Assembly (NCBI GenBank): GCA_037481815.1
Contig: JBBFKX010000001.1
Span: forward strand, 837,832 to 855,597
Origin: a candidate division WOR-3 bacterium
Lineage (GTDB): Bacteria > Hydrothermota > 32-111
DNA length: 17,766 bases
Direction: 5' to 3'
Numbering within the stretch: the first letter of the stretch is position 1; every line of letters starts with the position of its first letter. The translations under genes and the position numbers were made by a program. The notes under the pieces are model-generated. The model did no database searches and was not told the DNA's origin. It saw only the letters and a list, made by a program, of their open reading frames with translations. Positions 9,288 to 17,766 of this stretch are shown piece by piece.

Positions 9288-10376
9288 TCAAACTTTCACA
9301 GGCCAGGTCAAATATTTTTCTTCACCTTTTAAAACTCTATAAACACCTAGAGCCAAAGATTCGTTTTCGTTACTCCCCGGGAAAACATAGATCTTTCCAA
9401 TCTTGCCAACCTTTCTTGTTAAATCTTTCACAAGTTTCTCAGAATAAGCCATTCCACCAGTCAAAATTATCCCATCGATTTCAAAATCCATAACCGAACC
9501 CATCGCTCCAATCTCTTTTGCAATCTGATAAACCATCGCATTGTAAATCAGTTCAGCATACTTATCACCATTTTCGATCATCTTCAGAACTTCTCTTAGA
9601 TCCTTTGTCTTTAAATAACCATACAATCCACCTTCACCATAAAGTTTTTTCATTATCTGTTCTTTTGTATATTGACCCGAGAAACAGGCGTTCACAAGTG
9701 GTATCGGTGGAACTCCACCTGCTCTTTCTGCTGTAAATGGAGCACTCTCCATCCTGTTATCGTTATCAACGATTTTCCCTTCAACAAAAGCGGCTATCGA
9801 AAATCCAGCACCAAGATGTGCAACAACACATTTGATCCTGTTAAAATCTATGTTCAACATCTCAGAAAGTTTTCTAACCGTTGCCCTGATGTTAAGAGCA
9901 TGGACAAAAGAAAATCTTGGAAAATCTTTTGCACCTGAAATTCTTGCAACATCTGTAAACTCGTCTACACTTACAGGATCAACTATAAACGAATCAACAT
10001 TATTCTCTTTTGCAACTCTATAAGCGAGTGGTGCACCAAGGTTTGAAGCATGCTGATAGACCGGTGTGTAAAGTGAAAAATGGACAAGTTCCTCATTTAT
10101 TTTTATAACTCCACTTGGAACCGGGGTCAACATACCTCCTCGACCTGCTGTTGCAACGATTTTATAACCATCTCTCATATTCCTGTTTAAAAAATCTTTT
10201 ACCTTCTCATACCTGTAATCAACCTGTGATGTTATATCTTTAAAAGATTTTATCTCTTCTGTTGGATGCTCGATGTTTTCTGAGACAACCTCTTCTATAC
10301 CTTTTTCAACTATTTTATAAATAGAACATTTTGTTGTTGTTGCACCGGGATTCACTGAAAAAATAATTTCAACCAT
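9288..10376 (-). CDS. buk: Butyrate / branched-chain carboxylate kinase (acetokinase family)
   Basis: Motifs VNPGATTTK, GRGGML, HASNLG, VDPVSVDE, HALNIRA, YQIAKEIG, LTGGMAYS. SD AAGGAG at 10383-10388. Confidence 0.92.
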   Translation of the reverse strand: MVEIIFSVNPGATTTKCSIYKIVEKGIEEVVSENIEHPTEEIKSFKDITSQVDYRYEKVKDFLNRNMRDGYKIVATAGRGGMLTPVPSGVIKINEELVHFSLYTPVYQHASNLGAPLAYRVAKENNVDSFIVDPVSVDEFTDVARISGAKDFPRFSFVHALNIRATVRKLSEMLNIDFNRIKCVVAHLGAGFSIAAFVEGKIVDNDNRMESAPFTAERAGGVPPIPLVNACFSGQYTKEQIMKKLYGEGGLYGYLKTKDLREVLKMIENGDKYAELIYNAMVYQIAKEIGAMGSVMDFEIDGIILTGGMAYSEKLVKDLTRKVGKIGKIYVFPGSNENESLALGVYRVLKGEEKYLTWPVKV

Positions 10377-10400
10377 TAAAAACTCCTTTTTAAAAGTAAT

Positions 10401-10428
10401 ATTTTATATTTTTAAAGATTTTTATCAA
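10401..10428 (-). promoter_or_regulatory. Putative sigma70 promoter for buk-ptb
   Basis: TTGATA (10428-10423), 16 nt, TAAAAT (10406-10401), upstream of the buk SD. The AT-rich context lowers specificity. Confidence 0.55.
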
Positions 10429-10434
10429 GGGAAA

Positions 10435-12597
10435 TTATTTTAACATTATTATCTTTTTTCTGTTTATCTTTTGACCATCTGAAAATATCACAAAATAAAC
10501 TCCTGTTGAAAATTTTTTTACATCAGTTATGTTGAACTCTCCATCACCTTTTTTTATCAATCTTCCAGTTAAATCATATACATGATAAAACTTCCTCAAT
10601 GTCTTAAAATTTTCTTCACAAAAAATTTTATCATCCTCAACTTTTCCTGAACTTTTACTTTTTACATAAATTTTAATGTTGAAATAATTTGAAGAAGTAT
10701 CATCATTTCTTTTTAACACCACATCGTAACTTAAAAGAGAATCGTTTAAGATAAAAGGTGCTTTGAAATAAAATGTTTTTATTCCATTTTGTCCAGGAAG
10801 AGTATTGTTCCCATAACTTTTGGCAAAACCTGAATCACTCCAGAATGTTTCATAATAAAATAAAGATTTTTCTAAGAAACTTATTCCGAAAATTGAATCG
10901 AGAGAAACATATCCAGTATTTTTTAAATAAAGTTTGACTTCAAAAGAATCTCCTGAAAAGAGAGTATCAGGATAAATGAGAGAATCTACAAAAACTTCAC
11001 AATCGTTAAACGAAGATAGATTGTCAAAAATTTGAGCATAACTTGTATAGTATATAAAACCGGTTCTGTTTGAGTCAGGTAAAATTATTCTTGCCCAATC
11101 ACCTGTAAAAGAATCCACAACGAATACCTGATTGTAAGATACCTGAGTTAAAATTGGGTAAGTAGTAGAAGCACCAGAACGGACATTCAACAGAGATGCA
11201 GTGATCCTTGCAACTTTAAAATAGTTATCACCTTCAAGATATTTTAGATTTATTCCATCACCTCCATAAACATAAGCATAGTAAGGAAACGATGCTGATG
11301 GATAATAAATTTTATACCAGTATCCATCATAATCAAAAGCAACAAATTTTTCTCCATAATTTGAGACATTCAAAATATCAGAAGATGTTGATGGACCGGT
11401 TCTGACATTTAAGTTTGAAGTGTTCACTTTTACGATGAAATGTTTTAAAGGAACTGTTACAAAAAATTCCTCTCTTAAAACACTCCAGAGATCTATTGCA
11501 CCATCATCATAACCAAGTGCCCAGCATCCAGCACCCTGTAATTTTTTATCTTTGACTATCCCCAATTTATATCTTATCGAAGCAGAATCATCATAAAAAC
11601 ATTGATGGTAATTTGTTGAAAGATATGTATAGTAAGGAACTTTTGAATATTCATCAAACTTTCTACCATAAATCGAAGCATTATTTTTAGCGTTTTTAAA
11701 TATTACAGAAGAACCTGTTCCAATAGTTTTAGATTTCAGAGTATCAGATTCTGTTGGCCAGTCATAACCATAATATGGAATACCTGCAATGATCTTCGAA
11801 GGATCGACTCCTATTCCAATAAGATCGCTGATAGATGTGTTGAAAGCATAATAACCCCAAAAAGTTGAATTAAAAGTAGGTGAAACTGGCCCTGCCTCAG
11901 ATGACCCGGACCAGTGATAATCGTAACACATCACAAATAAACCATCTGAAAAACTTGAAATTGAATAATAATCATACCCTGGATACCATTGATAAACAGG
12001 TGGAACAGCTATGTAGAGTTCCCTTCTTGTAGAAAACCGATTATGAAGGCTATCAGCAAGTTGCATTATAAAAAGATTGAAAGAATCCCTTAGAGAAGAT
12101 GATACAAACTCAAAATCTAAGTTAACACCATCAAGATTGTAAAGATCAACATAGTTGAGTATGTTGCTAATACAATTTTCTCTTGAACTCTTACTATTTA
12201 AAAGAGTTGAAACGGAAGTTGTTCCAAAGAGAGTAAAGGTGAGATGAATCCTTATACCTCTTTTATGAGACTCATTGTAAATTTTTGTAAAATATGAAGG
12301 ATTCGGAATAAGTCCACAGCTCCCATCCGTATTAACATTGACAGAAAAATAGGATATATGTGTCAAAAGTTCATATTGAAAATTAGAATAGTAAAGGGTA
12401 TCTATCCAATAAGGTAGATAACCATAATAGTTGTAATGCAAACCTTTTTCTTTTTTATCAACAAGTTTTTCACTCAAATTGGTTGGAGAACCAAAATAGG
12501 CTGATTTTAAATTTAAAAAGTATTCATCTTGATGAATGGATGGAAACAATTTTAAATTTAAAAGTAAAAATAAAAACAAAAAAATTTTTTTTAACAT
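10435..12597 (-). CDS. Secreted glycoside hydrolase family 18 protein with two SH3b domains, an Ig-like domain and a T9SS-like C-terminal domain
   Basis: Signal peptide MLKKIFLFLFLLLNLKL. GH18 motifs LTHISYF, LDGVNLDFE, FVMCYDYH, GIPYYGYDW, GAGCWALGYD. SH3b motifs LNVRTGPSTSSDIL and LNVRSGASTTYPIL. CTD VYDLTGRLIK...GVYFV...KKIIMLK. Confidence 0.92.
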   Translation of the reverse strand: MLKKIFLFLFLLLNLKLFPSIHQDEYFLNLKSAYFGSPTNLSEKLVDKKEKGLHYNYYGYLPYWIDTLYYSNFQYELLTHISYFSVNVNTDGSCGLIPNPSYFTKIYNESHKRGIRIHLTFTLFGTTSVSTLLNSKSSRENCISNILNYVDLYNLDGVNLDFEFVSSSLRDSFNLFIMQLADSLHNRFSTRRELYIAVPPVYQWYPGYDYYSISSFSDGLFVMCYDYHWSGSSEAGPVSPTFNSTFWGYYAFNTSISDLIGIGVDPSKIIAGIPYYGYDWPTESDTLKSKTIGTGSSVIFKNAKNNASIYGRKFDEYSKVPYYTYLSTNYHQCFYDDSASIRYKLGIVKDKKLQGAGCWALGYDDGAIDLWSVLREEFFVTVPLKHFIVKVNTSNLNVRTGPSTSSDILNVSNYGEKFVAFDYDGYWYKIYYPSASFPYYAYVYGGDGINLKYLEGDNYFKVARITASLLNVRSGASTTYPILTQVSYNQVFVVDSFTGDWARIILPDSNRTGFIYYTSYAQIFDNLSSFNDCEVFVDSLIYPDTLFSGDSFEVKLYLKNTGYVSLDSIFGISFLEKSLFYYETFWSDSGFAKSYGNNTLPGQNGIKTFYFKAPFILNDSLLSYDVVLKRNDDTSSNYFNIKIYVKSKSSGKVEDDKIFCEENFKTLRKFYHVYDLTGRLIKKGDGEFNITDVKKFSTGVYFVIFSDGQKINRKKIIMLK

Positions 12598-12842
12598 CTT
12601 TTTCTCTTTTTAAACCCCCAAATTAAAATTAGCAATAATGATATTACTATAAAAAATAGGATAATAAAGAAAATGTTTGAGGAAAAATTATTTTTTCTTA
12701 TATCCAACGAATCCTTTAAACTATCAAATATATTTTTTTCATATCTATGGATGGAAATTTTTTCCGAATCAGCAAAATCGATCTGAGAGAGTAAATTTAC
12801 AAATATTAAATGAAAATTCACCCCATATTTAATAGATACCAT
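12591..12842 (-). CDS. Small hypothetical membrane protein (83 aa) with a C-terminal TM helix and basic tail
   Basis: SD-like AAGGTG before the ATG. C-terminus IFFIILFFIVISLLLILIWGF-KKRKRC. Stop overlaps the GH18 start by 7 nt. Start codon uncertain. Confidence 0.55.
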   Translation of the reverse strand: MVSIKYGVNFHLIFVNLLSQIDFADSEKISIHRYEKNIFDSLKDSLDIRKNNFSSNIFFIILFFIVISLLLILIWGFKKRKRC

Positions 12843-13061
12843 ATTTCACCTTATATGTCAACCATTTAATTTATATAGTCTTTCCTAAATTGGGTGACTA
12901 CAAAACTCTCCATTATTTTTAATTAAACCAAAATTAAAAATTTTATCAATAGGGTAAACATTAAGAACTTTAAACTCTTTTGAAATTGTACTGCACCACC
13001 TTGTCAAGCACTTAATTGGTTAGAGTAAATCTGATTGATATGTAGGGATATCCTGTTGTTT

Positions 13062-13441
13062 TCAGTAAGTTCTATAAAAGTGATAAAGACTCTGATATTT
13101 CAACTTACTGTGAGGATAATCTTCATTGTAAAACTCAATGAACTTCTTAAATGACTCTTCAAACTCAAACTATTATCATACTTTCTTCTCCAGAACAAAT
13201 ATTCCTTCATTGTCCTCATAAATCGCTCCGTCTCGGCATTTCCCTTAGGGTTATTCCAAAATATAAATATCTGTTCTATTCCCAATAGAGCCATATGTTT
13301 TATAAACTTTAATGATGTAGGCTGACACCCGTTGTCAGATACCAGTCACGGTCTCTGTTCGTTATCCCTTATACCTTCAGCATACTCCCCGTTCACAGCC
13401 TTTTCCATTGCCTTATATAAGTCCGCTCTTCGTTTTATTCT
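13062..13441 (-). pseudogene. IS3-family transposase (integrase core) C-terminal fragment with an in-frame stop and a frameshift
   Basis: KAMEKAVNGEYAEGIRDNEQRP*LVSDNGCQPTSLKF...NNPKGNAETERFMRTMKE, with TGA at 13346-13348. D(35)E spacing and K at E+7 are intact. After a frameshift near 13170 it reads FEESFKKFIEFYNEDYPHSKLKYQS and stops at 13062-13064. Confidence 0.9.
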
Positions 13442-13455
13442 CACTTCTTTTTCTT

Positions 13456-13496
13456 TAACTATCAACTATTAACTATCAACTATTAACTATTAACTA
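13456..13496. repeat. Heptamer tandem repeat (YAACTAT)5 plus AACTAT
   Basis: taactat caactat taactat caactat taactat aactat; T and C alternate strictly, giving a 14-bp higher-order unit. Confidence 0.95.
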
Positions 13497-13649
13497 TTCT
13501 TCTCAGTCCACTCTCTGTGTATCATTCTTGCCTTCTCTCTTTTGCCATCTTGATTAAAAAAAATTATTTCTCTTAATCAAAATTATACTAATTCTTTCAG
13601 CTCCTGTTAACTGGACTCAGTATAATTTTGTTTCCCTCTTTTCCAAATT

Positions 13650-16600
13650 TTATTTAATCAATAGAATTTTTCCTTTATATTGGTTTGATTTTGTATTCAG
13701 TCTGTAGAAGTAGACTCCACTTGACAGTCCATTCGCATTTAAGATTATCTTGTTATATCCGTTTTGCAAATTTTTAAAAGTCTCTTTCATTCTCCTTCTG
13801 CCCGCAACATCATATATCTCCATCTCAAGATTCTCGCTGCAGTCTCCTTCTATTGTCATCTCTATCAGTCCTTTACTCATTGTTTTTATCTTCACATGCT
13901 CTTTTATTCCCTTCTTCTCTGTTATCATTTTAATTATGGCGTTTCCGAGTATTGATGCATTTGTTACTTCATCATACTTTCGCATCTCCATCTTTGCAAT
14001 TCTGTTCGGGTTCCCCTTTACCCTGTCAAGTGTTATCAATATCGTGTTGTCTGACTTAATATCCTCTGTTAGATAAACCTCTGTCGTCTTATCCTCTTTA
14101 TTTATCGTATCAACAATTATTCCGTCTATCATCAAAAGATAAGGGTAGTTTTTGTTAGGATTTGTTGTGTTCACTGTCAGTTTGTATTCCTTATCCGACT
14201 CTATCTCGCCTATTTCTATGTAGAGTCTCTCTATCTTCTTTCTTCTGTCATTGATTATGTCCGTTAATGGTGAGTCATCCAACTCAACTATCGTATCTGT
14301 AAATTCACCCGCAATAAATGGTTGCAAATCTCCGTCTGTCTTTACCTCTATTATAGTATCCTTAACCGTATATGCGATTCCAGTCTTCTCCGTCCATATC
14401 AGATAGATTTTATGATTCAATTCAAGTCCTGTTTTGTTGTATTCCGTCTTAAATTCAAAATCAGGATAGTAAACACTATCCTTGCTTGATGTCCTTATGT
14501 CCGCTCCAATGTAATTCAACCCATAAAGGTCAAGACCTATTCTTTCTTTGCTCTCATTATACACAATATAATTTCCTGCCTTTATCTTCGGTTCAGTATA
14601 ACTCTCTGTTTTGCTTGTCTTATACAACTCTCCGTTAAGCCATATATCCCAAACATTTGAGTCAGTTGTCCTCTCCTCACTCCATATTACTGCAATCTTC
14701 TCGCCGTTTGATGATATATAACTCTCCTTTGATTCCTCAGTAGTTTGCGCCACTCCGATAGGCGGTATCCATCTTCCACTTATCCCATCATACTTAACCA
14801 AGTCTATCTCTCCGTATATATCCCCATAAACAATTATCGGATAATATTTCTTCATATACTTGTCATAATATGTCGTTATGCTCTGCCATGATTTCGGCTT
14901 ATATTTCTCTACTGTCGCAGGCACCAATGTTGTCTTCACTATTCCGGCAAGATTGTCAAACACAAACTCTGCATATAAAAGATTGCCATAATCCACTCCT
15001 AAAAGAGGATGCTCTATCCCAGCCACATATACTTTCCCAGTCAGGACATTTCCTGCTATTACTCCCGGTTCATAAGTTATCAATGTCGGATACACTGTAT
15101 CTATCGGCTGAAAAGGCGATTCCGTGTATGTATAATAATACCCGTAATTATCCAGCCCTGTATACAACATTGCCACTGTGCCTTCCCCTGCAAATGCCAA
15201 TGAAGGGTTCTTCCCCTCTCCCACCTTCTCAAGTATCCACCAGTCTCCAAAATTGTTGCTCCTGCCAAACACTACGCTGTCTCCGTCTCCATAAGCCATA
15301 TATAAATTCAACTCGTCTCTCTTTATCACATGATTGCTGTTATTATATCCCGTAGCATTGCTGCTATTGCTTCTCATCTCTTTACTTATCTTCACCGTCT
15401 CTGTTTTATATCCCTCTTTTAAAACGATTACATCTATTTCCTTTGTATAATCCACATAGCAGTCCCTTCCGAGCCATTCAATCGTATCCCTGCCACTTAT
15501 TTCAGCAACAACCTTACCATTTGCCCCGGTTATTAATGTATCTTCTATATTTATTCCATTACTCAATATCACTTTGGCAGACGAAACAGCCACTTTATGT
15601 AATATAACTTCCTCAGGTTCGGTTGAATATGTATAAACTCCTATCTCTATTGTTGTATCCTTAAAGGCGCTGACCTCTTTTACGCAGTTCACTTCCATCG
15701 TATTCGTTGTAACATCATATACATTAACACAATCCTCGTAAAATGCCTTCACCGCTTTTATTGTTATCTTATTAGAACTTCTTGTAAAATATGATACCTT
15801 CACTTCGCCATTTGCATCTGTCGATCCTTCAAAATTTATATCCACTCCGTTTGTTACCAACACCTTTACATTGCTGAGTTTCATTCCATTCCCGTCTATC
15901 ACTTTCACTGTAAAAGTGCCATTCTTATACCACGATAATTCATCATTCATTATTATTCTCATTATCGGTAGTTTGTAATCGCTCCGCTTTAATCCGTATA
16001 CTCCATATGAAAAAAGTGCCTCTTCTGTTACTATTTCCAAACCTTCATCTGCTTCATTCTTAACTATCAGGTAATCTTTCACCCATGCATCATCCTCGCT
16101 TGTCTCTTTTGCAATCTCTATTCCGCTATTCTCTGTTAATGAATATTTCTTAGTATAAATTCTGTCATACTGATAATCTTCCCAATTTAACCAGCTAACT
16201 ATCATATAATCCCTATACTTCACTATCCTCGGAAATTGAAAAGAATCTGCCATCGGTGAAGAACTAATTTTTATATAGTCTATTAAAGTTTGAACCATGT
16301 TTTTCATATCATATTTAACCACCTTCATCGTATCGAAAAATATTCCCACTTTGTGACTGACTATGTATAATATAGTATCTGTTAGCGCCTCTATATCAAA
16401 ATACTCTTTGTATGTTTGATTAAACCCCTTATTTACAAATGGAGAATATTCGGTAATTTTTCCATTAAAATCTGTTCTTATTGAAAAAATATTTAAACCG
16501 GTTATATTACCATTAGATTCATCCGTTCCATTGTATCCAATCACAATCTCATCTGCGTCTTTGCTCTCTATCGTTCCTTCAAAATCGGCTGAGTTGGTGA

Positions 16601-17766
16601 AACTTTTAATAAAATAAGATGCATTATAGTTGCAGTTTTTATCTATTTTTAATAATACTAAAACCGAATTTATTGCGTGTTCCTTTAACTTAAAATTGAC
16701 CAATAGATATATAGAATCGTTTTTATATATCGCTGATAATAATTTAGTTTTTTGAGCATTCAAATAACTTATATAAGTGAAATATAAATTTTTTACATAT
16801 TTCTTATTATATTGTGCTCCCTCTTTTACATATATCCAGATTATCGAATCACTATTTGTGCTTGACCCGTTTATTCCCGCATACATATCACTGTTTTTAA
16901 TTCCTATTATTTGCGCATTACTATCTATTATAAATTCCGACTTTAATATTTTATTTTCAAATCCTTCTTTATATGCTTCTATTGAAATTATTTCTCCGTT
17001 CAGTCTTCTTCTCGTTCCAGTTAATATAGTATCTCCTTTTATTCTTACGGTTCCCTTGCTTAATTTAATACTATCTTTCGAAATAAGTGGCGTTCCGTAA
17101 CCTCTATAATTGATATATTCAACAGAATCCTTTGATAATGCTCCGTTGCTCATTGAATATATGATATACTTCATTTGCCCTGTTCTCGTTGTCTGATGCA
17201 TCCATTCCAATGTATCAGGGTCCTCCGCCGAATCTGTTATTGTATCCTTTGTTCCTATAAGTGTATTGTTTTCTTTTATTTTTATTCTATATCCTTCCTC
17301 ATAATTTGAATTATCAATCCATTTTATCAACGCCTTATTGTTTGGTTGCCAGATGCAAACTATCGGATATGCTTTCGGTGCATTGCAAGGTATTCCATAC
17401 ACTGTCAATTTATGTGTGTTATTATCATTCTCACTTATTAAACTGTCACCATTCGGATATACCCATCTCGAATGCACCTCATAGTAATTATCCACCCCTC
17501 TTATAAATCCTCTGTCTGTATATGTATTCAATGGATATATATCTCGCTCTATTCCATCATTAATTCTCTTTATTTTATCAACTAAGTTATATCTGTCTGT
17601 CCATGCCAACTTTATTGAATCCTCATCCTGATACACTAATCTCAAACTATCTGGATTCCAGTCTGGTGTGCTTACTATTATTGACTTCTGACTAGTACAG
17701 TAATATCCATTATCATCAAGTTCAAAACGAAGATTCATATTTATTAAATTACACTCTGTTATTCCA
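13650..17766 (-). CDS. Very large secreted multidomain protein with T9SS type A-like CTD; 5' end outside the window (more than 1370 aa); paralogue of the 890-aa protein
   Basis: The frame stays open from Met 17738 to the window edge (GITECNLIN-M). Two FN3-like segments (SIKLAWTD; LIKWIDNSNYEEGYRI), two Ig/carboxypeptidase-regulatory-like segments (GSTDANGEV; LITGANGKV), Asp-box-like RSNNFGDWW, and CTD EIYDVAGRR...LSSGVYFYRL...KILLIK. Confidence 0.9.
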   Translation of the reverse strand, partial: GITECNLINMNLRFELDDNGYYCTSQKSIIVSTPDWNPDSLRLVYQDEDSIKLAWTDRYNLVDKIKRINDGIERDIYPLNTYTDRGFIRGVDNYYEVHSRWVYPNGDSLISENDNNTHKLTVYGIPCNAPKAYPIVCIWQPNNKALIKWIDNSNYEEGYRIKIKENNTLIGTKDTITDSAEDPDTLEWMHQTTRTGQMKYIIYSMSNGALSKDSVEYINYRGYGTPLISKDSIKLSKGTVRIKGDTILTGTRRRLNGEIISIEAYKEGFENKILKSEFIIDSNAQIIGIKNSDMYAGINGSSTNSDSIIWIYVKEGAQYNKKYVKNLYFTYISYLNAQKTKLLSAIYKNDSIYLLVNFKLKEHAINSVLVLLKIDKNCNYNASYFIKSFTNSADFEGTIESKDADEIVIGYNGTDESNGNITGLNIFSIRTDFNGKITEYSPFVNKGFNQTYKEYFDIEALTDTILYIVSHKVGIFFDTMKVVKYDMKNMVQTLIDYIKISSSPMADSFQFPRIVKYRDYMIVSWLNWEDYQYDRIYTKKYSLTENSGIEIAKETSEDDAWVKDYLIVKNEADEGLEIVTEEALFSYGVYGLKRSDYKLPIMRIIMNDELSWYKNGTFTVKVIDGNGMKLSNVKVLVTNGVDINFEGSTDANGEVKVSYFTRSSNKITIKAVKAFYEDCVNVYDVTTNTMEVNCVKEVSAFKDTTIEIGVYTYSTEPEEVILHKVAVSSAKVILSNGINIEDTLITGANGKVVAEISGRDTIEWLGRDCYVDYTKEIDVIVLKEGYKTETVKISKEMRSNSSNATGYNNSNHVIKRDELNLYMAYGDGDSVVFGRSNNFGDWWILEKVGEGKNPSLAFAGEGTVAMLYTGLDNYGYYYTYTESPFQPIDTVYPTLITYEPGVIAGNVLTGKVYVAGIEHPLLGVDYGNLLYAEFVFDNLAGIVKTTLVPATVEKYKPKSWQSITTYYDKYMKKYYPIIVYGDIYGEIDLVKYDGISGRWIPPIGVAQTTEESKESYISSNGEKIAVIWSEERTTDSNVWDIWLNGELYKTSKTESYTEPKIKAGNYIVYNESKERIGLDLYGLNYIGADIRTSSKDSVYYPDFEFKTEYNKTGLELNHKIYLIWTEKTGIAYTVKDTIIEVKTDGDLQPFIAGEFTDTIVELDDSPLTDIINDRRKKIERLYIEIGEIESDKEYKLTVNTTNPNKNYPYLLMIDGIIVDTINKEDKTTEVYLTEDIKSDNTILITLDRVKGNPNRIAKMEMRKYDEVTNASILGNAIIKMITEKKGIKEHVKIKTMSKGLIEMTIEGDCSENLEMEIYDVAGRRRMKETFKNLQNGYNKIILNANGLSSGVYFYRLNTKSNQYKGKILLIK

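Larger units (their letters stand above)
12987..13624 (-). mobile_element. Internally deleted, degenerate IS3-family insertion sequence (~640 bp)
   Basis: One end is TGTACTGCACCACCTTGTCAAGCACT (from 12987, +). The candidate other end is TATACTGAGTCCAGTTAACAGGAGCT (from 13624, -), with 14/26 identity ungapped. Inside are an orfA-like start MIHREWTEK (ATG 13525) and a transposase C-terminal remnant. No clear target-site duplication, so the 13624 boundary is tentative. Confidence 0.65.

Noticed and set aside
9277..9291. ptb start at 9291
   Set aside because: The extra codons contain the GGAGG SD for ATG 9276. The ATGA-coupled start at 9291 cannot be fully excluded.
5025..10023. Short ORFs antisense to the symporter, OFOR, ptb and buk genes
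   Set aside because: They lie entirely opposite well-supported conserved genes and have no independent support.
12578..12592. A7-T8 tract in the GH18 signal-peptide codons as a second phase-variation site
   Set aside because: Short A/T runs are frequent throughout this AT-rich window and the gene is in frame.
12833..12861. TTGACA (12861-12856, minus strand) as promoter of the 83-aa/GH18 unit
   Set aside because: The only matching -10 (TATCTA) is poor and falls inside the annotated ORF start, so it is left unassigned.
13100..13294. 64-aa ORF as a functional gene
   Set aside because: It is the piece of the transposase pseudogene between the in-frame stop and the frameshift.
13346..13348. In-frame TGA as selenocysteine or a recoded stop (alternative genetic code)
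   Set aside because: buk ends at TGA at the expected length, the long genes are intact under code 11, and the same remnant also carries a frameshift.
13456..13496. CRISPR array
   Set aside because: The units are 7 bp with no spacers, and there are no cas genes in the window.
13750..17506. Short + strand ORFs opposite the large paralogue
   Set aside because: Antisense shadows in strongly skewed sequence.

Overview
Low-GC bacterial window, standard genetic code, with canonical sigma70-type promoters and Shine-Dalgarno sites. Three minus-strand genes end in T9SS/Por-type C-terminal sorting-like domains: 1656-4328, the GH18-SH3b gene 10435-12597, and 13650->17766. A fourth minus-strand gene (<1-1619, absent from the ORF track) is a secreted FG-GAP/VCBS-repeat protein that runs off the left edge. 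The centre is an amino-acid/2-oxoacid fermentation cluster: SSS symporter, 2-oxoacid:ferredoxin oxidoreductase alpha and fused beta-gamma, facing buk-ptb. An internally deleted, decayed IS3-family element lies at about 12987-13624. The most striking signal is a perfect (AG)16 tract at 4359-4390, inside the signal-peptide coding region of the 890-aa cargo gene. It puts the SD- and promoter-supported ATG at 4426 out of frame, and losing one unit restores a 922-aa secreted protein, which suggests a phase-variable locus caught in the OFF state. This gene and the gene at 13650->17766 are paralogues with a shared ~570-aa C-terminal module and different N-termini. All product calls come from motif recognition by eye; no searches were run.
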